Under the pieces are notes generated by a model. That model was given only the letters and a program-made list of their open reading frames with translations, ran no database searches and was not told where the DNA came from. A stretch of 50,162 nt of DNA. Origin: Emiliania huxleyi CCMP1516. Lineage: Eukaryota. Where the stretch lies: contig NW_005201191.1 in NCBI RefSeq assembly GCF_000372725.1, positions 31,612-81,773 on the forward strand, written 5' to 3'. Made by a program: the position numbers and the translations under genes. How positions within the stretch are numbered: position 1 is the stretch's first letter; each line of letters opens with the position of its first letter. This document shows positions 23,707-34,520 of the stretch, one piece after another.

Positions 23707-24625
23707 ATGGAAATCTCTGCGCAACATCGGAAGATCCTTGGACTGTAGATCGTAGATGCCTTTTAGAGATCTCTTAAGTGGCAAATCTCCTGCCAAGAGC
23801 AGCAGTAGATTGAAGAACTGGTGGAGGCAAATCTTCTCCGGTGTAGAATGCTCGAGAGGAGTCTGAGATCTCGAGTTGGTGCGTGCAGTCGCTTGAGATC
23901 TTGCGACAGAGGTGGAGATTCTGACTTCGCGCCAAAGGCGCCTAGAGATCGTGTGGGCCGACTGGAGATTGCAAAATGGCGCGAAAAGAGGGTGGAGATC
24001 CTTTTGCATTGTGAATGAGTCCATAGCGCATCTCCTTGAAGGTTTGAGCCCCCCTCCTCCCCCGGGCCCCCGAATCGAGATTGGAGATTGGAGATTGGAG
24101 ATGGAGATCGGAGATCTGACTGATTCCGGCCTAAGATGACGACGTTGGAGATTGGAGATTGAAGATGGAGATCGGAGATCTGACTGGATCCGGCCTAAGA
24201 TGTAGCGACGCTGGAGATTGGAGAGTACTGGAGAGATGGAGATCGGAGCCCCCCAGGCCCAGCCCCTAGTGGTGTCTCATCGATTTTCTTGTTTTGTTTT
24301 TAGACAAAGGTTCTGTGCGCGGACGGCCCGGGGAGCCTCCGGCGCCATTTTTATCTGGGCTCCACTTTGGCCTGCCTCGCCTGGCATGAAGTTGAAAGTG
24401 TGCACAACATCGGAAGATCCTTGTGGACTGTAGATCGTAGATGCCTTTTAGAGATCTCTTAAGTGGCAAATCTCCTGCCAAGAGCAGCAGTAGATTGAAG
24501 AACTGGTGGAGGCAAATCTACTGGCGAGACTTGGGCGTGTCCGTGTGAGAGATCCGCTAGGATCTCCAGTCTTAATCTACTGTCTCTACCCCCACGATCT
24601 ACTGTTCTTGCGCAGAGATTTCCAT
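23707..24625. mobile_element. Non-autonomous MITE-like element, 919 bp, with 18-bp TIRs and a 3-bp flanking direct repeat TAC
   Basis: ATGGAAATCTCTGCGCAA (23707-23724) and TTGCGCAGAGATTTCCAT (24608-24625) are perfect inverted repeats; TAC at 23704-23706 and 24626-24628. Internal ~113-bp direct repeat (23722-23834, 24405-24519) and GGAGATT-rich tandem repeats. Confidence 0.7.
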
Positions 24626-25325
24626 TACTCCTAGGCGGGCCGCCGCTGCTCTAGCGCGCAGCGACCCGATGGGCAAGGGGCCCCTACCCACCACAGACAC
24701 CCTCACGCCCTCTCCCCCGGCCCGCCGCGGCACCGAGGGCGATTCTGCGCGAGGGATCGCTTCTGCGGAGCCGCAGCGGCCGGCGCGCGGCGGCGGCGCC
24801 GCCGCCAGCGCGGCCCGCGCGGCCGGTGGCGCCGGTAGCGCGAGCAACGGCATCGGCGATGGCGCGGCGGTCGGCGAAGGCGCGTTGGGCAGCGCGAGAA
24901 GTGGCTGCCGCCCTCCCGACGGCGGCGGCAGCCACTTCTCGCGACGAGCGTGCCCGGCTTCTTTAGCAGCAGCGCGTCTAGTCCTTTGTGAGCGCGTCTT
25001 TCGCGCCCTTGGCGGCGCCGCCGAGCACGGCGATGGCGCCCTGGAGCTCGGGATCGCTCAGCCTTGCCTACGAGGGTAGGGACCAGGAGCGCCGAGCCAG
25101 TGGGAGGGCAGGCAGGTATGGCAAAACTGCGAGCTCCCGAGGACGTCTGGCGCCGAGTGCGTCTGGCACCGGGCACGGAAACTCGCACTCGGCCGCACGC
25201 GATAGTGCTGCCGCGAGAACGCCAGCCATGTACGATATGTCTCGTGTACACTCCTCCTGGGTCATGGTCGGTCATATGCAGGACGGCCAGAGTCGCCCAC
25301 ATCGCCTACGCGGTCCCGATTGTGG

Positions 25326-25778
25326 TCAGACTGATACACCGCGACTCAACGGTTGAGTGCGGCCAGCGCACACAAAAGTCGTCGTGGCGCCGCGACCATA
25401 CCCCCCCCCGCACAGGACGTCGCCTCTGGCCAGCAGGACCATACCCCCCCACCCCCCACCCCACCACACGAGCGCGTACAGTAACCGTCGTGTTAGGCCG
25501 TCCGGTCGGGTGTCAGGCACACACGAGCATTCGCGTGGAAAATTGCACGCCATCCAGCACTCGGGTGCGAACTCAGAGCAGTCTTTGTGGGTGTCGATGC
25601 CGGATCCGTGCCATTTGGAAAAGTATGTGAAACAGTCTTCGGTCTTTTGTGTCGTCGGTGACCCAAGCGAGGTACTTGTGTACTCGTAGGTGCAATACAT
25701 GGTGCTACATGCCACTCTGTCGCAAACGCCCCGCACGGTTGGCGAGAGGCCGGCAAGCAGAGCGAGAGCGGTCCGCAT
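25326..25778 (-). CDS. Putative small secreted cysteine-rich protein
   Basis: Signal-peptide-like MRTALALLAGLSPTVRG followed by 9 Cys within ~70 aa; 3' end uncertain. Confidence 0.35.
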   Translation of the reverse strand: MRTALALLAGLSPTVRGVCDRVACSTMYCTYEYTSTSLGSPTTQKTEDCFTYFSKWHGSGIDTHKDCSEFAPECWMACNFPRECSCVPDTRPDGLTRRLLYALVWWGGGWGGMVLLARGDVLCGGGYGRGATTTFVCAGRTQPLSRGVSV

Positions 25779-25899
25779 CGTAGAGAGCGGTCAGGGGAGT
25801 GCCGAGGGCGATGTGGGGATCCGACGACGTCCATCCAAGCTCACCCAGTGAGATGCTCCAAGTAAAGCATTGTGGACGGATTTGCGGTGGCGCACCATA

Positions 25900-26718
25900 C
25901 AGTGGGTTTCGGGCATTAAGAAAACAGGATCCGGCGGCACGCCGCCGTTTCTAAGCCTTTCCACCCTCCTCCCCCAGCCCACGCCGTGGTTTCTTAGCCC
26001 CGGCCGGCACTCAGGACCGACCGCTGGGCCGAGGCATTTTTCCGTGCGAGGCGCGCTAGGCGAGGCGGTGGCCGGGCGCGCGGTGCGGATTGGCGTGTGC
26101 GTGTGTGTGACTGCGACAAGTGTGACTGCGACACAGGACCAATGGGTTTGTATTATTAACAACGAAGGCGCTCTCAAAAAATAAAAAAAATAAGTAAGCT
26201 GCGGGATCACCACCTTGTAGCCGGCGGGGGCGCCCTCCAGCTTGATGAGGTCGTCGTCCGTGCCATCGGCTGTGAGCAGGGCACCAGAGCGTGCTCGAAG
26301 TACTTGCGCTTGGCCTCGCCCTGGAGCGCCTTCATGGAGGCCTTGTAGAACCAGTGGGCGAGGAGGATGCGGCGGTCCGAGGCCGTCAGCTTGTTCGACT
26401 CCCATTTCTCGAGGTTGTCCTCGTCGTCAAGCCACTCATCGAGCAGCTGCCCGAGGTAGACTTTGATCTGGCGCCCCATGCCGCGATCAATCGGCTGCAC
26501 CTGGTCGGTCTCGTTGGGCGGCACCTTGTGGTCGTCGACGCCAACCGACTGCATCACAGGGGCGTTTGGGTGAGTGTGTTGCGGCGCTTGCCAGCCTGCG
26601 CGCCTGCGGCGCTTGCCAGCCGGCGCGCCTGCGGCGCGCCGTGGTTTCTTAGATTTTCGCGAAAATCGCTCGGCGTGGTTTCTTAATACTACGTTTTCTT
26701 AATGCCCGAAACCCACTG
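25900..26718 (-). mobile_element. Internally deleted pogo/Tigger-like (Tc1/mariner superfamily) DNA transposon
   Basis: Perfect 26-bp TIRs CAGTGGGTTTCGGGCATTAAGAAAAC (25900-25925; 26693-26718), TA on both sides. Minus-strand transposase remnant VPPNETDQVQPIDRGMGRQIK (DDE_1-type QPxD motif), frameshifted near 26290. Confidence 0.92.
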
Positions 26719-26856
26719 TAGTTCTTAATTCACTCCGCCGCATGTTTCTCATTTTTCTTTCCATTGAGCACTTGAGCACAGGATAGGGTCGATTCCGCGT
26801 GGTACGGGACCCCTCGATCGTCTCGCCCTCCCTCACGATCGACTTGAACTAGCGCT

Positions 26857-27592
26857 TTAGCCCACCTCGCCCTGCTTCGCGGCGACGGCCGCCCACGCCT
26901 CGCCGAGCCCGCGCTTCGCCGCCTTCGCGAGCGCCTCCCGCTGCACCGCAATCTGCGCCTTCTCCTGCTGGTCGGCCTTGCGCTTGACCGCGGCCTCCTG
27001 CTCAGCCTTCGTCTTCTTCTTGCGGGCCTCCTCCTCCGCTTCCAACTGTGAGAGGCATGATGGGCATCAGCAGGCTCTCCCGCACGCCGCCCTCCGCGCC
27101 ATAGCTGGCCAAAGGCACGCGCACGAGCGGTACGCGCGCCAACAGCTCATGCCCCGCGCGCTTCGCGAGCCACGACGGCGATCTGAATCGAAAGGCAGAA
27201 TCAAAGACATCGGCATCGAGCGCCGCGTTGAGGTCCGAGAAGAAGGTGGAGCGCGCGTGGACGAGACTCGCGCAGGCCTCGCGATAGAGCATCGGTCCGT
27301 CCTGCAGGACCATCGTGGCGACAGTTTTGAGCGCCTTCAGCTTGCTGAGATCGTGGTCGTCGCCACGGAAAGCGTCGCTTGTCGGAAGCCTCCCGTCCAT
27401 CATGCGGACGGCATGCGGTGCAATCGCAGCGTCGAGCTGTGCGATGCACGACGCAAGCGTACCAGCGCAGCAGCTGCGCACAGCGGCGCGCTCGGCGTCG
27501 TCGGGCAGCGAGCTGTCCAGGAGCCGAAGTCGAGGCGGCGTCGCGGCGAGAAGGCCCGCGACAGTATCGAAGCGGCCGCTGTGAGTCGGCAT
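26857..27592 (-). CDS. Hypothetical protein, probably 2 exons, with a charged coiled-coil C-terminus
   Basis: Coding-like ORF MPTHSGRFDTVAGLL...; acceptor CTCACAG/TTGGAA precedes EAEEEARKKKTKAEQE...; no family recognised. Confidence 0.35.
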
Positions 27593-28030
27593 CGTGTCCG
27601 CGGCTGTGTACGGCGGCTGTGTACTGGGTTCGAACCCTGTTGTAACGTGGTACGGCCGCTCCAGCGATTGACCATACCCCCCCACCCGTCGAGCAGGCCG
27701 CCTCCGGCGGCCAGGACCATACCCCCCCACCCTTTTGGCCCCGACGCTACCATACCTTACCCCGCAAAAAGTTCGAATCCAGCGTGCTCTCGAGGCGTGC
27801 GGATGCGAATTCAGTAGTCCCAATTCTTTTCTATTCTTCACGGACTTGCACCCTGGCACACAGGCCTAGAAGGTGGCGTTCATTCCCATTCGTGGCCGGC
27901 GGCGTGCCGAAAAAATCGCATCGGCGCGAAAGCCCGACGAACCTTCTCTTTACGCCGCCTTGGACTTGCCGACCGGCACCTCCTCTGCTACTATCGCGCC
28001 TCCTCTGCCTGCTCCCACGACATCGCCAGC

Positions 28031-29689
28031 ATGCTGACAGTAGAAGCTCCGCAGCACGCCGGCACGGCGCGGACGGCAGCCTGCCTCTCCACGCCTGCCC
28101 TGCTCGCCTTCGCCCTCTGCGCCGCCGGAGCCGGTGCCGTCGCCTGGCATCTCGTCGCCGCCGCGCCCGCCGCCGCCCGCCCTGGCATCCCGCTCTGCTC
28201 CAACTCGTGCTCCAAGCTTTTGGCGCACCTGAGCGCCATCGGAGTCACCGACTATACGGGCGAGGGAAGCACGCCGCCGCCCGCCCGGCTCCTCGACTCC
28301 CCACGGAGCTCCTCGCGCGCGCCCTTTCTCGCTGCGACCCCCTCGACATCGCTCGCGCCGCGGCCGTCTCGCTGCTGTTCTACGCCTCGCTCGCAGCGGA
28401 GGGCATCCGCTTGTGGGCGCAAGAGCGCGGCTTGGAGCTGCCGGCGCAGCCAGAGGGCGAGAGCTGCGCCGTGCGGTGGCTGTGCTTCGCTGCGCTGCTG
28501 CGCGAGGCCAACCCGCCGGCGAGGCTGGCGGCAGGCCACTTCCACAGCTTCTTCATCGACGGCGAGGGGCGGCTGTCCTCGTGCGGCAAGGAGTCGGGTC
28601 TGACGCCAGGGTTACTCGGCCACGGGAAGGGCGTGACGCGGCTCAACACGCCGACCCGCCTCCCGTCGGCGCTGGGTGGCGAGCGTGCCGTGAGTGTGTC
28701 GGCTATTGTGCAAAGCCTCGCCCTCACCACTGACCGGAGCCGTCTGGAGCTGGGGCAATGGAAGGCTAGGCCAGTTGGGCCACGGCGACGAGCAGTCCCA
28801 GTGGCAGCCCAAGAAAGTCGAGGCCTTCGCTGGCCAGCACGTCGTCGCTGTGTCGGCTGGAGCATTCCACAGCCTCGCCATCACCGCAGACGACGCTGTT
28901 TGGAGCTGGGGCAACGGAGGCTGCGGCCAGATGGGCCACGGCGACGCGCAGGACCAGCTGCTGCCGAAGAAGATCGAGGCCTTCGCTGGGCAGCGCGTCG
29001 TCGCTGTGTCGGCTGGAAGCGGCCACAGCATCGCTGTCACCGCTGACGGCGCTGTCTGGAGCTGGGGCGATGGATATGCTGGCAAGCTGGGCCACGGCGA
29101 CCAGCAGAGCCAGCTGCTGCCGAAGAAGGTCGAGGCCTTGGCTGAGAAGCGCGTCGTCGCTGTGTCGGCTGGATTTGCGCACAGCCTCGCCATCACCACC
29201 GACGGCGCCGTCTGGGGTCGCAACTTTGAGTTTTGGCTCGAGGTGCTGCAAACGCCCGACATCGCGCTCAACGGCGGCCCTCTTTGGTACGCCTCACCCT
29301 CTCCCGCCCTGCTCTCCGCATCCGACCGGACCCTCACCCTCCCCACGCCCCAGGAGGAGCGTGCGGGCTACATGGAGGACACCTCGTGCGACGAGTCCGA
29401 GGACGAGGACGAGGACGAGGACGGCGAGGCGCCCGCACCCGCACCCGCACCCGCACCCGCACCTGCACCCGCGCAGCGTGCAGGGAAGCGTAAGGCTGCA
29501 CCGCCTCGAGCACCGCCGACGCGCCCGCCAGACAGCAGTGATGACGATGGCCCATCATTGCATGCGCCAGCACCGGCGCGGGCAGGGCGGGGGGCCAAGC
29601 CGGCAGCCAAGGGGTCCGCACGGCGCAAGCCGCCAGCAGCCAAGCCAGCAGCCAAGCCAGTCATGTCGAAGCGTCAGCGACGGAAGTGA
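28031..29689 (+). pseudogene. F-box-like + RCC1-repeat gene with two frameshifts and a chimeric-looking acidic/basic tail
   Basis: LLD/LPTELLARAL (F-box-like) and RCC1 repeats [18 protein letters not shown]...[15 protein letters not shown]. Frameshifts near 28298 and 28735; repeats break off at GAVWG (~29218). Confidence 0.8.
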
Positions 29690-29714
29690 CCTGTACACAC
29701 TGCATGAGTATGAA

Positions 29715-29716
<2 letters not shown>

Positions 29717-29796
<80 letters not shown>
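29717..29796. repeat. (GT)n microsatellite, about 40 units
   Basis: Pure GT run seen directly. Confidence 0.98.
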
Positions 29797-29799
<3 letters not shown>

Positions 29800-30065
29800 A
29801 TTGTACGAGATTTGTACATTGCGCTCTTGTTTGGGGGCTCTTGGGCAGCAGCTCACAGCCTTTTTCCGGGTTTCTTTTTTGGTAAAAATGCAAATTTTCT
29901 TCGCGGGCCGTCTTTTGCCCCCACCCCGCTGGGGCTGCCAGCCCCAGACCCCAGGCTGGGGCTCCGCCCCAGACCCCAAGTTAGGCGCTGTCGGCGGCCA
30001 GCCAGTGCGCGCCAGTCCCGTGCCCAGTGTCGTGCGAGGCGGCTTTCTCCGTTGCTGCCCACGCA

Positions 30066-32068
30066 ATGGCGTCCACTCTGACCGACGCCAACAGCGACAA
30101 TCCGTACGTCCGACTCGAAGGCGCCTGCACGTCTCAGCGCCGAGTCTACTCGCTGCTGTCCCCGCTGCTGCTCATGCTGCTGCTTCTGCTGCTGCGCTCA
30201 CCAGTGCGGCAGCAGCCGGCGCTAGTCTCTCTCGGCTCGAATTTTGGACTTCCCGACTCGGTCGTGGTCGTGACTGAAGCGAACGTGGCCGCTGCGCGTG
30301 AGCGGCTGCGCGCCGCGCTACTCGCGAACGGCGGGCCGAACTGCCACGGGCAGTTCTCGCCTCACCGATATGCGTTCCTCTTCGCGCCTGGCAGCTACGA
30401 CCTGGACGTCGAGGTCGGCTTCTACACGCAGGTCGCTGGTCTGGGCCGGCGGCCGGAGGATGTCACGTTCACTGGCCGCCGCGGCGTGCACGTCGACAAC
30501 TGCGGGCCCCGCCCACCCGCCCCACACGTCGGCTCCCCGTACGCGGACGTGGGTGCGCTCGACAACTTCTGGCGCTCCGCCGAGAACCTGCGCGTCTCCG
30601 GTACGCTCGTGTGGGCCACCTCGCAGGCAGCGCTAGCAGCAGCGCCGACACCTGTTCAGACCTCGAGGCGTGAAGAGATGCTGTTCACCGTCGCGCCCCG
30701 CAGGCGGCGCCGCTGCGCAGCGTCGTCGCCGAGCGCGTGGAGCTCTCTGCGGCGGGCGGGTGGGCGTCGGGCGGCTTCGCCGCGGACCTGCGGTTGAGCG
30801 GCGCGATCGCCTTCGGCACGCAGCAGCAGTCGCTCCTCCGAACGAGCGAGCTCGGCGGCGGCGTCGAGGGGTTGCCCTCCTTCAACTCCGTCTTTCTCGG
30901 CGTCACGCCCACCCCGCCACCCGACAGCTGCGGCGGCGGCGGCCCGGCGGTGGCGAGCGTGGGCAGTGCGCCGCTCGCGGCGGAGAAGCCATTCCTCTTC
31001 TTGCAGAACCAGACCCTCCACCTCGCCCTCCCTCCAATCCGCCGGCAGGCAAAGGGCGCGGCGCCCCGCCCGCACCACTTGCCCGCAGCGCCGCTGGCTT
31101 CCGGCGACGACGACGACGATGGGCGGAGCGTCGTCTTCGTGGCGACCCCGAGCGACTCGGCAGCTGCCATCAACACGCAGCTCGCGCGCGGGCGGCACGT
31201 CGTGCTCACCCCCGGCCTGTATGCGCTGCCCGTGCCGCTGCGCGTCGCGACGAGGGGGCAGGTGCGCGGAGCGCATTGAGTGAGGCGCGGCTTGTGAGGA
31301 GATGCCCCCGCTGTGTTGCCCCAGGTGCTGCTCGGCCTCGGCTTCGCCACGCTGACGCCGATGCGCGGCCTGCCGGCAGTGGAGCTGTTGGCGGCGGGCG
31401 TGCGGATGGCGGGCGTGCTCGTGCAGGCAGGGCCACTGCGCTCTCGTGCCCTCGTCGTCGTCGGCGACGGCTCACCAAGCAGCAGTGGCACCGCCGACGC
31501 GCCCATTTTGCTCCACGACTGCTTCGTGCGTGTCTATGCCGAGCGGACCGCGCCACAGCCCGCCGTGGCGACCACGATGCTGTGGGTACGCGCGGACCAC
31601 GTCGTCGTCGACCATGCTTGGTTGTGGCGGGCGGACCATGACTCAACCGCCCACTTCACAGACGGCGAGAACCCGGTGCAGCACGCGCTGGAGGTCGACG
31701 GGCGCTTCGTCACCGTCTACGGCCTCTTCGCCGAGCACACGCTGGGCGACCTCACGCGGTGGCGCGGCGAGGACGGCGCCGTGTTCCTCTACCAGTCCGA
31801 GCTGCAGTACGACGCGCCGCCGCCCGTGTGGCCGCACCTCGGCTACAACGTGACTGCGCGCCACCACCGCGCGCTGGGCGTGGGCGTGTACTGCTACTTC
31901 TTCGACGAAGTAACCGTCCACGAGGGCATCCACGCTGCGGACGCCTCGGGGATCGTCCACTCGTTCACCCACCTGCTCGACGGTGGCGGTGCGATTCAGT
32001 CCGTCATCAACGGTCGCGGCGGTGCCGTGAGTGCGACCGGCCAAGGCAGCTACGTGTGCAGCTCCTAG
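30066..32068 (+). CDS. GH55 exo-beta-1,3-glucanase (laminarinase)-like protein with an N-terminal membrane anchor; 3 exons
   Basis: QFSPHRYAFLFAPGSY..VGFYTQVAGLG, NFWRSAENL, WATSQAAPLR, WASGGFAAD, EKPFL, VLLGLGFATL, DHAWLWRADH, GLFAEH and LYQSELQYD match the bacterial-type GH55 fold. Introns 30627-30703 (GC-AG) and 31262-31324 (GT-AG). Confidence 0.88.
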
Positions 32069-34520
32069 CAGTGCCATGCAGCGGACGAGGAATCGTAGTG
32101 ATCACCCACTTTGGCTTTTCATGTATGCATAAAGAGTGAATAGGGAAACACGCACACGCCATGGAACACGAGCTCCATTAAATGGCGTGCCGATCCATGT
32201 TTTTCTCATTGCTGCCTCCTGTGTGTTAGTGCCAGTGCGCGGCGCCCCAGTCCAGTTTTGTGCTGCTTCGTAAAACACTTGAGGCAAACCCCACTTTGGG
32301 ACCTATTTGAGACGGTGTGACGGCACTCACAGGGCACGGGAAGCTCTCCCGCCGCGTCTGCGTGGCCCGCCCGAGCCGCGGGGAACGGCGCGCGCCCCTC
32401 CCGGCGGAGCTGGGTGCGGCAGACGGGCCCACGGGTCGGTTCCGGGCCGATTTGGGGCCGTTCTGTGTAGTTGTGGGTCAAAATCGAGCTACACAGTTAA
32501 ATATCTCGCCCCCACGGATGATACTTTTTGATTTTTCTAGCCACGATCTTCGCCCGGGCCCGTGAGGCCATGGGAACGCCCTCGGATTGTACAGCACCCT
32601 CCACTAGCCACAACCGTGGGCCCTCAACCGCGTATCGGTGTCGCCGCAAAATAGCCTTCAGACGCTGTCTCGTCGTTATAATTCGGCCAATCTGGCCCCT
32701 CTGCCACAAGTTTTGCTTTGGGACGCACCGTAGCACGGTGGAGTCGAGATCCGGCGCGCAACCATCAAAAGTATCATCAATCGGGCCCGGCTAGACCTGC
32801 CACCGGAGGCGCGCAAAATGGAGGCGATTTTGTGGTGGTAAAGCGCAAGATGGCCAGAACGGGGCGCCGCGCGCTCGGGAGCGCTCGCCGCTCGCAGGCC
32901 AACTCGTCCCCAGCACGGTGCGTGCGTGCGCTCAGGTTGAACTCGATGCCGCGACTTCACAGCCTCCGCCGTGAAGCTTCCAGCACGCCGAGGGCGGACG
33001 CTTTTTCGGCGACATGGATTTGGCAGCGCTTCGCGGTGTCATCCCAGTCCATGGTCGCTCCACATCGATTCCCAGGCGTGCCCGCACGCTCCTCAGGGGA
33101 GTGGGCACGCCTCTTGCTATCCTGAAGCGCGCGTCAAGCCCGCTCGACCGTGAGCTTGCTCAGCGAACAGTTTTTCAACAGACGTTGAGCGACGGGCGTG
33201 AATCTCCCACACACTCGCCAACTCCTGACTGAGCAGGCCTAGTACCCACGTGATAGCCCCACTGATCCATCCCATGCGATCAGGCGCCGCTCGGACCCCA
33301 TCTTCGAGCAGGATTCCTCGCGGCAACACAACTCGGCGCTCTCGATGTGCGTGATAGGCAGTCTCAACGCCGATTACTGCCGAGCGCGCACGACTCGTCG
33401 GCGTACCGGCGTGCCGCTGGCATACTACGCGACGGTGGAGGCGCGTGGGCTTGCTCAAAAGGCATGCATCTGTCGGAGAGTGTGCCGCAAGACCTGATGT
33501 GCCTCCGCTCCAGGTGTGTGGCAGTTCGATGGATCCAGCCCAGCGACCTCCACGTGACGATTGAGGACTGCTCTTCCCCTTCGACCGAGCCTCCAGTCCC
33601 TGCCACCGTGCACTGGCGCCAGCGAGCTGCGTTTACATCCCGCACGCGCGATCGGCAGTCGAGTTACGACCCGCAGCTGTGCTGTGTGCGCGCGCACTCG
33701 AAACGTGGTTCGGCGACCTCTCGGCGACCACTCGTCGACTCGCGCTCGGACGCGAGGTGCGTGCTCGCCTGCCTCCCCCGGGAAGGACACGGCCATTTCC
33801 AGCGAGATCTGTGGAATCATCCTCACCACCCTGCCCTCACGCCACCCAACCCGTCCGGCTGCTGCCATACTGGGACGTGAGTGCAATATTTGTGCTGCCC
33901 TCGCCATCCGACGCGTGTGCTCCGCTCCCCGCAGGCGAGGATCGCCGTCGCGCACCAACACGCTTCGTCCGGGAGGCGCGCGGCGCGACCCGCGTTGCGA
34001 GAGCGTCGGCGGAGCCCGCGTGCCGGCCCTCTCTGGGACCGCCGCCGGGGCCGAGAGGGCGCAGATTCGGCCCCCCTGGGTCAAAGAGGGCGGTTCTGAC
34101 ACCGCCAAGCGGTGCTTTCGTGGACCCCACGAGCTCGCGTTCATCCGTTCAAAAATATTTATTTACCCGCAGTTTGCCTCAAGTGCTAAAACATACGTGC
34201 TAGCTCTCAATGGATTGCGAGAAAATTGTTCACAAAGCGCCGCGCACGTGTCACCCGGGGGCCGTCACACAGAGGCGAAAAAGATTGACTTCACATATTT
34301 TATGTTCGTCCTGTTCCCTCTTCAACACGTGCGACGTGCGCGTGGCGCGCGCTCCCCGACATGCGACAAAAGGAGTTGCCAAGGTGGCTGTCGTGGTGGC
34401 TGTACGAGCAGGCCAGCTCTCACGAGTCACGTGCGACAGTCTGTCCTTAAGTCTCACTCAGTCTCGCCACGCGGCGGACAGATCGTGATCGACGTGAGAG
34501 CCACCCGAGCAGCTCTCACG

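Noticed and set aside
32280..34500. Possible gene or retroelement, including a short inverted repeat at ~32517-32531 / 32765-32779
   Set aside because: No recognisable protein motif or element ends; the inverted repeat is short and imperfect.
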